A DNA stretch of 64,000 bases from Octopus sinensis (lineage: Eukaryota), in assembly GCF_006345805.1 (NCBI RefSeq), contig NC_043022.1:8494001-8558000 (forward strand), in the 5' to 3' direction. Within the stretch, counting starts at the first letter, position 1, and the number at the start of each line of letters is the position of its first letter. The notes below the pieces were generated by a model. The model worked only from the letters and a program-made list of their open reading frames with translations. It searched no databases and was not told where the DNA came from. The position numbers and the translations under genes were made by a program. Shown here one piece after another: positions 39,733 to 53,543 of the stretch.

Positions 39733-42240
39733 TTATCCATTAAAAAAATAAAGAAAAAATTTTGTCTAGAAATGAAATTATATGAGTTTACATATGTGTG
39801 TGTACAATCATTTGTAAGTGTGAGTGTATAAACCCGTGTGTGTGTTTGTATATGTCTATGTATATACTGTTTGTGTTTGGAAGCATGTATGTATGTAATG
39901 TGTGTGTTTATATGTATGTATGTATGCAGATATGAACAAATGTATGGGTGTATGTAATGTGTGTGTGTGTGTGTATAAATGGTTTACTGAATTGATATTA
40001 TTGTGTTTTCGCCATTTTTTTAATTACCTTCTTCAATTGTATGTTCAGATATCTATTTAAGAATGATCATTTCCATTCTCTTAAGTTTGTTCCAGCTAAA
40101 AAAAATTTTTTAAATGAAGACAAAACAGAAATTTGAACAAAACAGATGTTTGTCTCTCTTGTGGATTGTTCTTCAACTATTCAGTAATTCTGTTTTGTCT
40201 GTTTTTCTACCCTATTCTCCCCTTTAATCTCCACCTATTCTTCAGTGCAAAGTGATAAACTTGGATAGGTTTTGGTGCCTAATTAAGATGGACATGTTTT
40301 AACGAGGAATCATCTATATGTTCACTCGCCTATTACAAAAGATACTGTATTTGATAGTATAAAAAATGCACAGGCTTGTTAGACATACACCAGCTACAGG
40401 TATAAAATGTTTTTACTACATTAAAGTGTGTAATATTTAAAGGAATCTAGCTGCCCATTGTTATGATAATTCCTTTTACAATACAAATAATACTAAACTG
40501 GCAAAATGACCATTCCTAAATACAAAAATACTAATAATGTTGAAGTAAATAATATTATGGAGTCTGGATTAAAATTAACTTATAGATGCTGGCATGGCTG
40601 TGTGGCAGAAACCTGCTTCCCAACCACATAGTTCCAGGTTTGTCCCACTGCATGGCACCTTGGGCAAATGTTTTCTACACAAAACAAGCCTTGGGCTGAC
40701 CACCATCATATGTGTGTGTGTGTGTGTGTCTTTCTGTCTGAATTTATTCCCCTCCCACTACCACACTGCTTGACAACTGGTATTGGTGTGTTTGCATTCC
40801 TGTAATTTAGTGGTTTTGACAAAAGTAACCGATAGAATAAGTACCAGAATAGTACTGGGATTGATTCATTCGACTAAAAATTCAAAGCAGTGCTCCAGCA
40901 TGGCCACAGTATAATGATTGAAACAAGTAAACAATAAAAGATGTAGTATTGAGTGCCAGGCACAAAATTAGCTTATGGGAGGCCCAACTTTGCATATAGG
41001 ATCTGGGATGAATTTTTGAGACTTTTTCGAAATAAAAAATGGTTCTTAAATGCCACCAAATTATTAAATATAGTAACCAAATTTTCCTCACATCACATCT
41101 TCTTAACTTCAAAAACAAAATGGAAATGTTAAAGCAGACAATGCATTTAATAACATATTACAAATCCGTCTGACCCTTTACAACCACAAACTAGAACTGA
41201 TTGTAAGTTAATATTAGTTTCCAATCTGAGCACAAGGCCAGTAATTCCTGAAGTGAAGGGATTAGTTGATACCATCAAGCCCAGTGCTTGCCTGGTTGGG
41301 TATGACTTATTTGGTGTGTCAATACTGACTTATTGAACATTAAACATTTTAATGCATCTCTTGTTCTCTCCCTCCCTCCCTCCTCTCTGTTTATGTGTTT
41401 AAATATATTTCTTTTTGTGTATGAGGAAAGGAAAAGTGTTTATGTCAGTTGTGTTCAATTAATAAATTGTAACATTTCTCTTTCACCTGCTCTCACTCTT
41501 TCTGCCCATGTATGTATATTTCTACATGTTCATACACATGTGTGAGTGAGAATGCCTCGAGTACAAAAAAGAACTATAACTAAAACAAGTTGAATGTCCA
41601 GTTGGCCATATCATATTGTCAGTGTCCAAACAACCATTGCTTTGTGTTTAATTCTATCAACCTCAAAATGACAAAAGACATAGTTAACCTTGGTGGGATT
41701 TGAACTCAGATTGTTTCCTGTATGGGTTTTGAAACAATATCAGGTAGTAATTATGTATAATAATGTGCTATTATTATGAGAGTAGTAGGTATGGTTGAGT
41801 ATCAAATAGAATGCCCTAAATTATTATTTGGTTTTGCAACATACTGAGCTCAAGGCAACACAATATATATTTCTACCAGTATGGCATGTTCACAGGAATG
41901 TAATTTCAGGCTCAACTCTACTATGTGACTACTTAGGAATTGTCTTTTATCATAGGCTACAGTTGACCCAATATGTTTGTGTGCATGTGTGTGTGCATGC
42001 ATGTTTGTCACTGAATGTTTTCACATTGACAGTAGGGATGATGCTTATAATAAGCAGTGAGTACTTTGGCTGTTCAGCATGAAACAACATGAAATAAAGT
42101 ATTTTACAGGGAAACAAGTAAGGGTTGGAATTAGAAAGGTCATCCATCCATAAAACAAATACTACCTCAAGAAGTTTCGTGTCAGCATGGAAAAAAGCAG
42201 AACTACAAATGATGATGATAATGATGGTGATGATAATTAT

Positions 42241-42660
42241 TTCTACTATTGGCACAAGGCCTGAACTTATGTTGGAGAGGCACATCGACCCCAGTGCTCA
42301 GCTGGTACTTATTTCATCAACCCCAAAAGATGAAAGGCAAAGTTGACCTTGGTGGCATTTGAACTCAAAATGGACAAAAATGTTGCTAAGCATTTTGTCT
42401 GGTGTGCTACAGATTCTGCCAACTCACCATCTTAATAATAATAATGGTTTCAAATTTTGGCACAAGGCCACCAATTTTGAGGGAGGGGAAAAGTTGATTA
42501 TATCAATCCCAGTACTTAACTGGTACTTAATTTATAGACCTCAAGAGGATGAAAGACAAAGTCATCCTCAGAGGAATTTGAACTCAGAACACCAAGATGG
42601 ATGAAATGCTGCTAAGCACTTTGCCTGGCCTGCTAACAATTCTGCCAACTCACTGCCTTT
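42241..42660 (-). mobile_element. Two tandem older family-C SINE copies
   Basis: GCACAAGGCC...ACCCCAGT.CT.A.CTGGTACTTA...GATGAAAG.CAAAGT...GAATTTGAACTCA occurs twice. Confidence 0.8.
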
Positions 42661-42987
42661 AATAATAATAATAACAATTATTATCATCTTTACATTCTTG
42701 ATTCAAGCCCAGATTTCTTAATCACATAGACATGCCTATACACATCTATGTATATTATATATATTATAGATATGTAATGTACATGTGATATGAAAAATAC
42801 AGTTTCTGACACAGCTCCATGTCTCTCAAAACATACACTTTTGAAGTACATACAAATGTGAAACCAGTTAAGTGTATTAATATAAATAAATCTTCTACAC
42901 TGTGTGTGCATTTTAAACATCATTCGTTCTATACTACTACTTGTATGGATTAATATCCATCTATCTGTCTGTCTGTCTGTATATAAA

Positions 42988-43234
42988 TATCACATCACAT
43001 GACTGACCAGGCTATCAGATGTTGCTACACATCGCTGGTCACAATGCACTTCGCATTGTTTTAGCCTTCAAATGACGCCACCCTGCTGGCTAAGCGAGCA
43101 GGTCAACAGAAGAAAGAGTGAGAGAAAGTTGTGTTTTCACTCAATAAACACTTGCAATGCCCGGTCTGGGAATAGAAACCGCGATCCTACGACCACGAGT
43201 ACGCTGCCCTAACCACTGGGCCATTGCGCCTCCA
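42988..43234 (-). mobile_element. tRNA-derived SINE family A, young copy in TA-rich tract
   Basis: Minus strand begins GGAGGCGCAATGGCCCAGTGGTTAGGGCAGCG (A box) ... GGTTTCTATTCCC (B-box-like). Confidence 0.88.
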
Positions 43235-43744
43235 CGTATATAAATATATATATACATACATACACATATATATAGCTACACACACACATACATACATATA
43301 TTTATATAATGCATGTGTGTGTATACACACATACACACACATATATGCATTCATATTAAGTGTTTTATTAAAAGGCTGCAGAGTCTATCACATTATCAAA
43401 ACCTAATGCTAAAGCTTGATCTGCAGAAAAATTATAATTTTTTAAATATCAACTTTAAGGTCCGATGCCAGTCCACGTGATCATCATTGTGATTGTTTCC
43501 TTATTTAAACATTTTTTTTCTTCTTTTTTTACCATAATAAATACTAGATGGAATATAGATTTGACAGCCATGGCCTATTCAATCATGGTTAATATTCTCA
43601 TTGCTCATCACACTACAACATTGAAGATCTTCTCGATAGCCAATGTTGCAACCACTTGGTTTTTACCAATTACATTGCTGAACGCAACAACATTTCCCCT
43701 CCCCCTAATGACATCTTAATTTGTTTTATCCACTGCTATTGATT

Positions 43745-43768
43745 TAATAATGATTGTTATTGTTATTA

Positions 43769-43812
<44 letters not shown>

Positions 43813-43901
43813 GTTTTTATTTTTGTATTATCTTTATTACTATTATTAGTATTACTATCATTATTGTTGGTATTAATAATATTATTGCTATTATTATTAT
43901 T
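43745..43901. repeat. (ATT)n low-complexity tract
   Basis: Read directly. Confidence 0.9.
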
Positions 43902-44955
43902 ACTTGTTCAGCTCAATATAAAATAAAACATTCTTTCACTCCGTCTGTCTGTCTCTCTCCCTTTCTCTCTCACTGTTGTGCATTATTGATAAGGATAAAC
44001 AATTTTAATACTATCTAAATTTAATATATTTTAGCAGTTTCCCTTTGTATTAATCGGAACCCAACTGTAGCCATTGAAATTTTGTTGCAAATAATTTAAA
44101 TGTTACTTTATCCTCCTCCTCCTCCTCAACATCTCCATCATCATCATCATCTTGCTCCATCACTTTCTTCTTCTTCTTCTTCTTCGCCACTGGATTCTAG
44201 TTCTTATAAAATAGTCAAGTCTATGGCTACAGGAATTCCTATCAGGACTCTAAATAATGGCGCATAAATTCAGCATATTAAATTAGACTCTTGTATATTG
44301 GCATTACCACCACCACCACCACCACTACCCCTACTATAATTCATTGTGCAATTGGGTGCAACACAGAAAACTCCATCCTTATGTAAAAGTAAGAAGACCA
44401 AATTGTTGTTGTTGTTTAGCCCCTGTTCAGTTCCCCTGCTCTCATATAACAGATGTATGATTAATCCTTTAACATTTTAACTGATTGTATCCAACACATA
44501 TTCTACCTGTTTTGTGTTTAATCCAATTAGATCCAGCTTCCGATACATCCCCACAATGTCATTCTAAAAATAAACAAGCACATCACTGGAGTCTCAAAGC
44601 TACAAAATAATGCATGACAGATCTACTCACAGTTTCTCTTGACCAGATTCAGTCACAAAGCTTTGGTTGGCCTGCGGCTAAAGTAAAAGACACTCGCCTA
44701 AAGTGCCATGCAGTGGAAATGAACCTGTAACTCTGTGTGTGTGTGCATGCATGCATGTATGTGTGTATGCGTGTGTGCACACATGAGTGAGTGGACAAAC
44801 AAAAGGGAGAGTCTCTCAGTACACTTAGTAGGAGTTAGATATATTATTATTTAAAACAGTTTGATTCAGACCCATGCTAGGTTTTTGTAAGAAGCCTACG
44901 AAGCTTTAAATTGCATATTTTAAATAATAATAATAATAGTAATAATAGTAATAAT

Positions 44956-45338
44956 CCTTTCTACTCTAGGCACAAGGCCTGAAATTTGGTTGGCGTCAGC
45001 CAGTTGATTAGATCAACCAGTATGTAACTGATACTTAATTTATCTACCTTGAAAGGGTGAAAGGCAAAGTTGACCTCAGTGGAATTTGAACTTAGAACGT
45101 AAAGACAGACAAAATACTTATTTCTTTACTACCCACAAGGGGCTAAACACAGAGGGAACAAACAAGGACAGACAAACGGATTAAGTCGATTATATCAACC
45201 CCAGTGCATAACTGGTACTTATTTAATCGACCCCGAAAGGATGAAAGGCAAAGTCGACCTCGGTGGAATTAGAACTCAGAACGTAGCGGCAGACAAAATA
45301 CCATTAAGCATTTTGCCCGGTGTGCTAATGATTCTGCC
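44956..45338 (-). mobile_element. SINE family C, dimeric form
   Basis: Same two-module structure as 21186-21545. Confidence 0.88.
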
Positions 45339-46024
45339 ATATTAATTGTGTGTGTATGTGTCTTTGTGTTTGTTCCCTACTCCCTTGTAATGTGTTACAG
45401 CTGGTGTTGGTGTCTCTATGTCCCTAGACTGTAAGAAATAAAAATAAAAACTATGTACTAGGGTTGATTTGTTCAGTTACAACTCTGCTAGGCAGCCCCT
45501 CAGCATGGCTGCAGTCCAATGGCTAAAACAAGTAAAAGATAAATGATATAGCCACACTCATGGGATAGTGGTTTATAGCAATTCTAATTGCTATTGAAAT
45601 CCTATCACAATCAGCTTGTTATGTGGGTGTAAGTCACTCTGCTCTATCTTGCTACACACATCTGGAATCTATTACATGTTTAACAAGAGAGATTCTATGG
45701 AGTTGCTTAATCTCCTGGAAATAGCAGCTAAATTTCTCTCAAACCACACCCTACTATCTATATCTTCAGAGAAGGGCTTATTTAACAAGCCATTGAGAGA
45801 GATTTTATAGGATTGCTTAACCTCCTGAAAATAGCAGATATATTTCTTTCAAATCACACCCTACTGACTGTGAGAAAAAGGAAGGATATATTGGATGATG
45901 TCTTAGATAAAATAAGCCTGGAAAGATGAGATGGTCATGGCTCGAATATTTTTGTTAATTGGTATATTCACCTTGTGTGTATCTGAAGCTATATTAGAAC
46001 TTACTTGGCCAAGATATCTATCTA

Positions 46025-46069
<45 letters not shown>

Positions 46070-48224
46070 TAAAATGTATATGTACAAGGATTAATGGAAT
46101 TCCAGCTTCTAGAAATATTGATTTACCACAAAGTCACAATGCCTCAAATTTTAGTGCTGGATATATATTGGTTAAATTGACCCTCAATACTTAACTGGTA
46201 CTTTGTTTTATTTATTCTAGAAGAATGAAAGGAGCTTATGCAAACATTAATTTCAGTATAGTAGCATATTATCTAAGGGAAAATATATTTAACACTATCA
46301 TGTGTATGATGTTAAACAGTACCTTTATGATAAATGCACATACATAATATGCAGGCTAGTTTATGTGATTGCTCTGTCTGCTAGAAATAGCAGCCAAATT
46401 TCCCTAAATCAAACTACACTATTTTAAAAAGAGGCACACATTGGATAATAAAATCACAGATAGTCTTTTACCCCTAAAAAAAAGTAGGATTAGTATGCCT
46501 GAAATACTATTGAATACAGGTTTGCACAGTCAGTTTTAACCTGGATTTAATCAACAGACACCACAGGTTTGCTCACCCAGTATTCAACAACAGCCACCTC
46601 TGTATTTCATGATGACACTTGTCATGTTTAGTTTTATTCGCAGAGTCATTAGAATACTGAACTGCAGTATTTTTCCACAGTTCTTTCTCTTCTGAGATCA
46701 AATTCCACTCAGGTCAACTTTTTTTTTTTTTTATAAATCACTGTAGTTCTTATATTCTTCCCTGTTATTTATACAGCACATACACTACATATACATCCCC
46801 ATAGTGGCAGTTCCTTCATGTTCAAAGACAAGGAAGAAAAGTAACATACAATTAAGTGTCTATGTAAGCCGATCCTTGATGTTGAAGGGGATTTTTTTCT
46901 TGCCTGTTGTAGGTAGTTTTAAAGTAAGAATCAGTCCATGCAATACAATCTCACTCTTTAGACTTAGAGGTCTGACCACAGTTGCTCAGCAGACTAAGGC
47001 TGGTGTGGCAACCAGCAAGCTGTAGGTTTTATATTGGAGCAGCCTTCTTTTAGGTGAATTGCCTTACATGGCCGTAAAGGTGTTGAAAAGGGCACTGGAC
47101 CACCTGATGGACTTCACTCCTTGATTTGCTGTCAAGGTTGATTCTCTATGCTTTTTCCTTTCTCAAGACACTCACAAGGCTGTGAGTGTTTGTGCTTTCA
47201 GTTTCTGGGACCCTGACATGTGTTACCAATCTGTGTCAGAATAGACCTGGGGAAAATAGTAGCTATGAGGTGATTCTATATTCCCTAAAACACTAGAATT
47301 CCCAACACAGAACCCTACTTACTACCAGATACAGTTTAAAGTCATACTTGGGATATATACCCATCAGTCATAATTAAGTTATATGTTTTTAGTACTAATA
47401 ACTAAAATGCTTAATGAGCAATTTAAAATGGTGTCCTACATTTCATAATCTGACCTAAGCCCTTAACCAGCTTTACATGGGCCTAGTTGTGTTAGAAGGG
47501 CTGACAAATTAAGTCTACTGCTGAAGAATATTCATTTAAATGTGTGTACTATCTGAATTTACTTCTAGTTAGAGATGTGACACCATTTTAAGGCTGCTTA
47601 TTCCATTGGTGTTTATCTTTTCTTTTACTTGTATCAGTCAATGGACTGCAGCCAAGCTTTAGCACAACTTTGAAGGGATTACTTGAATTACCCCAGAACT
47701 TATTCCTAAGTTTAGTGGTTATTCTGTCAGTTTCTTTTGTTGAACTACTAAGTTACATAAACAGACTAACAGTTGTCAAGTGAGGTGGGGATAATTACAA
47801 ATATATAGACACACACACACACGCACACATATACATGACAGGCTTCTACACAGTTTTCCTCAACCAAATTCACACACACGATCTATTGAAGAGGACACTT
47901 GCCCAAGGTACCATGCAATGTATCCTTCAGTTTTTTTAAGATTGCTGGGTGTGATTACATTGAATTTGACTGCTATGTTTAGCAGGTCAAGCAACCATAT
48001 ATAGGCTTTCTTGTTATAATATAAATAGCATCTTTGTTTCTTAGGGAGTACAAAACAGTAAGCTGTGGTTGAAAGGAAACTTAGTTGTCACTTTTAGCAA
48101 GGTGACTTACCACATTGAAGCACCCTTGCTGATTGATGAACTTTGTAGTCCAGACCTTCTATCAAGATCTTTAAACATGTCACCTGCTTCTCTTCCCAGG
48201 TGCATCATTTCCCTGTTGAACTTC

Positions 48225-48415
48225 CTGTTGATCATAAGTTCTCTTATTCTAATAGCTTCTTTCCTTGAACTGCTTCCCTCTGGTCCCTGATATTCAATCC
48301 TTTAAGCTTTTTGTTAGTCAACACCTTTTGAATCTGTAGGTTCCTTCTTTTCATTTTTTGTAGTCCGTCCTGTTACAGTGGTCCCAAGCCATGTCTGAGA
48401 CAAAATTGTATAAAA
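48225..48415. repeat. Unclassified dispersed repeat (second copy ~57050-57270)
   Basis: Shared TTATTCT.ATAGCTTCTTTCCT..AACTGCT...GATATTCA.TCCTT...TGTAGTCC....TACAGTGG..CCAAGCC...GACA.AATTGT. Confidence 0.65.
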
Positions 48416-50101
48416 ACAAGAAAGAAAAGAAAAGAAGCTGACCCATGTAGTGAACTAATGAGGTTATTTCTACGTAGTCACTCAATCTGCTAGAAATAGC
48501 AACCAAATGTTCCTCAAACAACACTCTACCTTTTGAACAAAGAAGACACTGGTTTATGTAATTTGTGGCACACTGTAACTATATAAGTTTAGATTGTAAA
48601 CAAGGCTTTTGGATGATGATATTGTCCAAGATATCTCTGCAATAACAAATATACAAGTTACTACAATGTTCTTGTATTTGCCAAGACTACTAAACATAGA
48701 TTTTTCCAAAGGTCAGCTTAATTAACTAATTTGGAAAACATGATTATTGGCATAATTTCGATTAGTATTTGTATTTTATATATTCATTTTGTTTTTAATG
48801 TTAATAGTCTGGCTTCCTGATGGTTAAGTGCAGTCTGAAATACTTAGTGTAGCAAACTAAAAAGAAATTTTAATCAATTGAATTTACACCCGTAATAAGA
48901 AGCATAGTCGTTATAACATTAACAAAGAAGACAAGGGAAGGAACTCGTTATTATTTAACATCACAATTTCCATGCTTGCATTGGTCAGATGGAATTTGTT
49001 GATGCAGTTTTTTTTTGCAGCTGGATGCCTTTCCTGTCACCAGCCCTCATTTCATACCAAGCAAGCCAATCATGCTTTTCATAGAAGACTGGAAATAAAT
49101 AGCTCTGCTCATTTACAACCACCATATGATGTCTAGACAAGGGTAGTCACAAACATACATGCATACATAGACATACAGACACACATACACAATGGGCTTC
49201 TTTCAGTTTCCATCTACCACATCCACTCACAAGGCATTGGTCAGCCCAGGACTCAAGTAGAAGACATTTGCCCAAGGGGCCATGCCATAGGATTGAGCTC
49301 ACGATCACATGGTTGGGAAGAACACTTCTTAACCACATAACCATGCATGTGCCTGTATATAACAGAACCCTCTTAAATGAACTGATTAAAAATTAAATGA
49401 AGATGTTCCATGGAAAGAGGGTCTGGTTGTTAATTCTGAATGAGTATCCACATCATCTAATACAGAGATTAGAACATTAACAATGTTTGTTGTCAAAGAA
49501 GAAAGGGGAGAGAACACTGATATTTAAACTGGTTAAAAATTAAGTAAAGATACAGACTGGTAAGTGGTATCTTCATCAGGGATATGCTGCAAAAAGAGAT
49601 TAATTGGTAGTTTAATTATGAAGAGGATCTGACAGCATAAACAGGTGTATTTAATTATTTCCAAATCATTTCAGTATCAGTGTATACATGCAAGCATGGC
49701 TGTGTGGTTAAGAGGCTTTCTCCTTAAATTGTGGTCTTGGCCAGGTGTGTTCTACTATAGCCCTGGGTCAACCAAAATCTTGTGAGTAGAGTTGGTAAAA
49801 GCCTGTCATACATGCACACACAACCCTGCACATTTAGATATATATGTGTTTGTGTGTACTCTTGTCTAGACATCATGTAATTGTTTTAAATAAGCATCAT
49901 TGTCATACAAGCAAGGTTTCTCATTTCCGGACTTCTGTGGAAAACTTGTCCTGCTGTGAGGAAATATTACTGTGCTTGAAAATAGGTGAGGATTGGCAAG
50001 GGGAAGGGAATCCACCTGTAGGAAATCTCCCTCAACAAATTCCATCTGACTTACACAAGCATGGGAAAGTGGACATTAAATGATAACAATGATGTTATAG
50101 A

Positions 50102-50201
50102 NNNNNNNNNNNNNNNNNNNNNNNNNNNNNNNNNNNNNNNNNNNNNNNNNNNNNNNNNNNNNNNNNNNNNNNNNNNNNNNNNNNNNNNNNNNNNNNNNNN
50201 N
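50102..50201. other. Assembly gap (100 N)
   Basis: Run of N; contiguity across it is not guaranteed. Confidence 0.99.
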
Positions 50202-50606
50202 GTTCATGTATTTCCCCAGGAACAAAAAAAAACAATGTGACTGAAATGAAAGTAGTCAAAATATGAATATTCGTCAATGGCGTATTGTATTCATGTGTGT
50301 GTATAGCTAGCCACAGTTGCTACATCAGACATACATATGTGCATGCCTACCTAGTCACTGTTACTATGTCAGTACCAGGAGTTGTCATTGAAAAACCTTT
50401 TTAAAGAAGTTAATGCGATATAAAGCAATATTATTTATTTTTTATAAAAAAATAAATCAAGACCATATTATTGTATCCCAGGTTAAATTATTCATGCACC
50501 TCATGTATGGAAGGAATTCATACAGCTGTTTTTGTATGAAAAGCAAGCATACACACACATGTCTGTTTTATATATAAGATAAATAATAACAGATGGAAAA
50601 TGGTTT

Positions 50607-50697
50607 ATTCACTACAGCTGTTTCAAACCAGTTTTTTTATTGATGAATAGTGTAATTACATCATGCAAAAGAAAAACACCATTTTCATCAGGTGAAT
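50607..50697 (-). ncRNA. Type I hammerhead ribozyme motif with extended domain II
   Basis: ATTCAC-CTGATGA-AAA..(~60 nt)..TTT-GAAA-CAGCTG-TA-GTGAAT. 6-bp perfect stem I, canonical core, perfect ACAGCTGT palindrome, GUA triplet. Confidence 0.8.
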
Positions 50698-50788
50698 ATA
50701 CACAAATTAAGCATTTTAGAAATAAAATATTTCAAGAATCAACATCATGTGCCACTTCATGATTCCTGGCTGAAACTAATTTGTGTAT

Positions 50789-50882
50789 ATTCCACCTGAT
50801 GAAAAGGCGTTTTTTTTTTCTTGCATGATGTAACCACACTATTCATCAATAAAAAAACTCATTTGAAACAGTTATAGTGAAT
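50789..50882 (+). ncRNA. Mirror hammerhead motif (decayed stem III)
   Basis: CAC-CTGATGA-AAA...TTT-GAAA-CAGTTA-TA-GTG. Confidence 0.6.
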
Positions 50883-52117
50883 GAACCACTCTCCATCTAT
50901 TGCTATGTGTTTATTATTCACCTTACTTAGAACCTGCAATTGGTGTGGATCTGCAATCTATTAAGCACAGTACAATTGGTACAGTGTGTGTTCCTATATA
51001 AAGCCTTGAGATTCGTAGTATATTCAATTGAGCACTCGTGATTGCATATGCAACTGGAATATATATCTGTCTGTACTTCAGTATGTACATATATGTTCCT
51101 CTAATTTTGCTTTGTACACAATTGCTATTTCTTTGATCCAAACTCCATGCTTTACTATTTAGGTACTTGATTCATTTGAATCCTGAACTCTTATATACAC
51201 ACATACATACACATATATGTATACACATACATCATTTTGAAGTGTTCAAAGATGATTGTTCAGTTAATTCATCATTAAAATCACCAAATCATTTATCAGT
51301 CTACTTACATAATTGTCAATATAAAATTATTCATTTAAGCCCCTTCTTCAAAATTTTTTCTATTGATCTTACTGTTTTTCTACACACACACACACACACT
51401 CTCTCTCTCTCTCCCCACACACACATACACATACACACACAGGGTGCGGTAGAAGTAATACCCTTTATGCATTTAATAACTTTTATAGTATAAATATGTT
51501 ATTAAGTAATTTTTTATTGAACACAAATTTATTGCATTACTTAAAAAAGCAAATAATAAACTAATGAAAAAATCACGAAGAGAAAATATGTAATGTGAGT
51601 TGATGTAAAATAGAGAGCACTTTTTATTTCTGCTGCAGACACTCACTCTAGTCCTATCTATACTGTAAAGTCATTGGTGAGAGGTGAGTTATCCAGCTGT
51701 AAAATAGAACCATGTCAAAATGTAGAAAAGGATAAATGGGAGAGACATAGAGCAGTAAATAATACAATGTAGAGGAGACATTTTATTCCTGTTGCAGATA
51801 ATTTTTTTTAGTGACTGTAGTATGGTAACATGTACCAATCCATTTTGTAAGGTTTGGTAATAGGGATGACAGGAAGCTGTCAAAAATCTATTCTAAAAGC
51901 AACAGAGACTGGCAACTATCTTTGTTGCTAGGTTTGTGAGATGATAGACCATTGGAACAGGACTGGGGATGTTGTAAGACCTAACCCATACAACCCATGT
52001 AAGCATAAATTGATGACAAAAATGATGATTGCAATAACAATGACAAGAAGTTGAGTCTAATTGCTTATGAACTGAGTAAGATGGAACAGAAAACTAAAAA
52101 TATAAAAACTTTCTTAA

Positions 52118-52707
52118 CACTTGACCTACCAACCCCATTTTGCACCATATTTTCTTTTGCACCAGCACTCAATTTCATTAAAAGTTTTTCATTTATAAAA
52201 TTTTTCAACCATATATACCTTCTAGTTTACTATATTAATTACCATATTGACTTATAAGCATGGGTCCCAGCAGTGACTCCTGTAACACAAAACAAATATT
52301 ATAGTTAGTCTATACCACAGGGTTTACTGTTAAAACATGTTAATATGCCTATTATAGCTCAATTTATGGACTTTTTTCATTTATTTATAGTTTTTTGCTA
52401 CAGATTATATTTTAGATTATATAAGCTTTAAAGGCTTCTTTTGCACAAAAATTATTTTATGGAAGGCAGCACTCCGATGATAGTGATGACAGTAACTTTC
52501 ATCTTTCTGATATCAAACCTAATCCTTCTAAGAGATACAAAGAAACAAGTGTTCTGTACATCTTCTAAAATTCAAATAATTTAGTTTGAACCACAGTAAT
52601 GTGAGATTCCATAAAAAACATCACCATTGAGAATCATCTGTGATTCCCATGGTACATTAAGATTGTAGCATGGGGAGTCAACAGTAATTCCCATGGTAGG
52701 CAAAGTG
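52118..52707 (+). mobile_element. piggyBac-type internally deleted element
   Basis: TTAA on both sides (52114-52117, 52708-52711). TIRs CACTTGACCTACCA vs CACTTTGCCTACCA (12/14). Subterminal CATGGG...TGACTCC repeats and a short acidic SDDSDDSNF stretch near 52473. Confidence 0.7.
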
Positions 52708-53543
52708 TTAAAAGAAACATTAAAACAATTGTGTTATCATGAGACAATGAACAGACTGGTAAAATTTTGCCTCAAACTATGAACGTTCCGTCATCAGTCA
52801 TTGCTAATTTGATATATACAAGCTGATGAAATAATAAACTCAGAAGAGTGACAATTAAATGACTTGTGGTATTTATTACATACCTTTACTTTCTGAATTT
52901 AAATCCTGCTAGAGCAGTCTGCCTTTCAGTTTTCAACTAATAAAATTAAGTACCAGTCAAGTATTGAGATTGGTATAATTGCTTACCATTCACCCTAAAT
53001 TTGTGGTCAAGTGGTGTCAGAAATATACATACATGCTTATGTACTGTCTAGCAGTATATTCCTGATTATGATATAACTGGTCAGAAAGTTACCAACGTTT
53101 TCACAACAGCTATTATCTGAGGAGTCATCAATATTTCCATATACAATACTTGGTGCAAAACCATTGGTCAATTTCTAGCCAGTTATATGCCATAACAAGG
53201 AATATAGTGCTCAACAAGATAAGAGCATAATTACTTGTACTCTTTTTATAACTTATGAACAACTAACCAGTAATAGGTAAACACACACACACACACACAC
53301 ACACACATATTGTAATTTGTATGGGGAATTCCATTAATTTCAGTTTTTGTCTGTAAAAATTGCTATGCATTATTTTCAAACTGATGCTTGGTATTTTATA
53401 CTGAAATCATTCTTGTCAGTTAATTGGAAGAAATATATTCTGTATAGGAAAACTTATTTAGTTTTGTAAAATAATTTTTGGCTGAAATAAGACTTCAACT
53501 CTTAGATTTACAATCTCTCTCTCTCTCTCAATATATATATATA

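Larger units (their letters stand above)
50586..50906. repeat. Inverted repeat (~125-bp arms 50586-50709 / 50777-50906, ~67-bp spacer) with a hammerhead motif in each arm
   Basis: ATTGATGAATAGTGT..TTACATCATGCAA is mirrored by TTGCATGATGTAA..ACACTATTCATCAAT; ATATACACAAATTA is mirrored by TAATTTGTGTATAT. Confidence 0.9.

Noticed and set aside
49515-49582. Minus-strand CTGATGA followed by an AGATAC/GTATCT stem; similar partial motifs near 1340, 48817 and 52790
   Set aside because: GAAA box, core or stem I is missing; too decayed to call as hammerheads by eye.
51440-51600. CAGGGTG Tc1/mariner-like terminus after (CA)n
   Set aside because: No matching second TIR or transposase remnant nearby.
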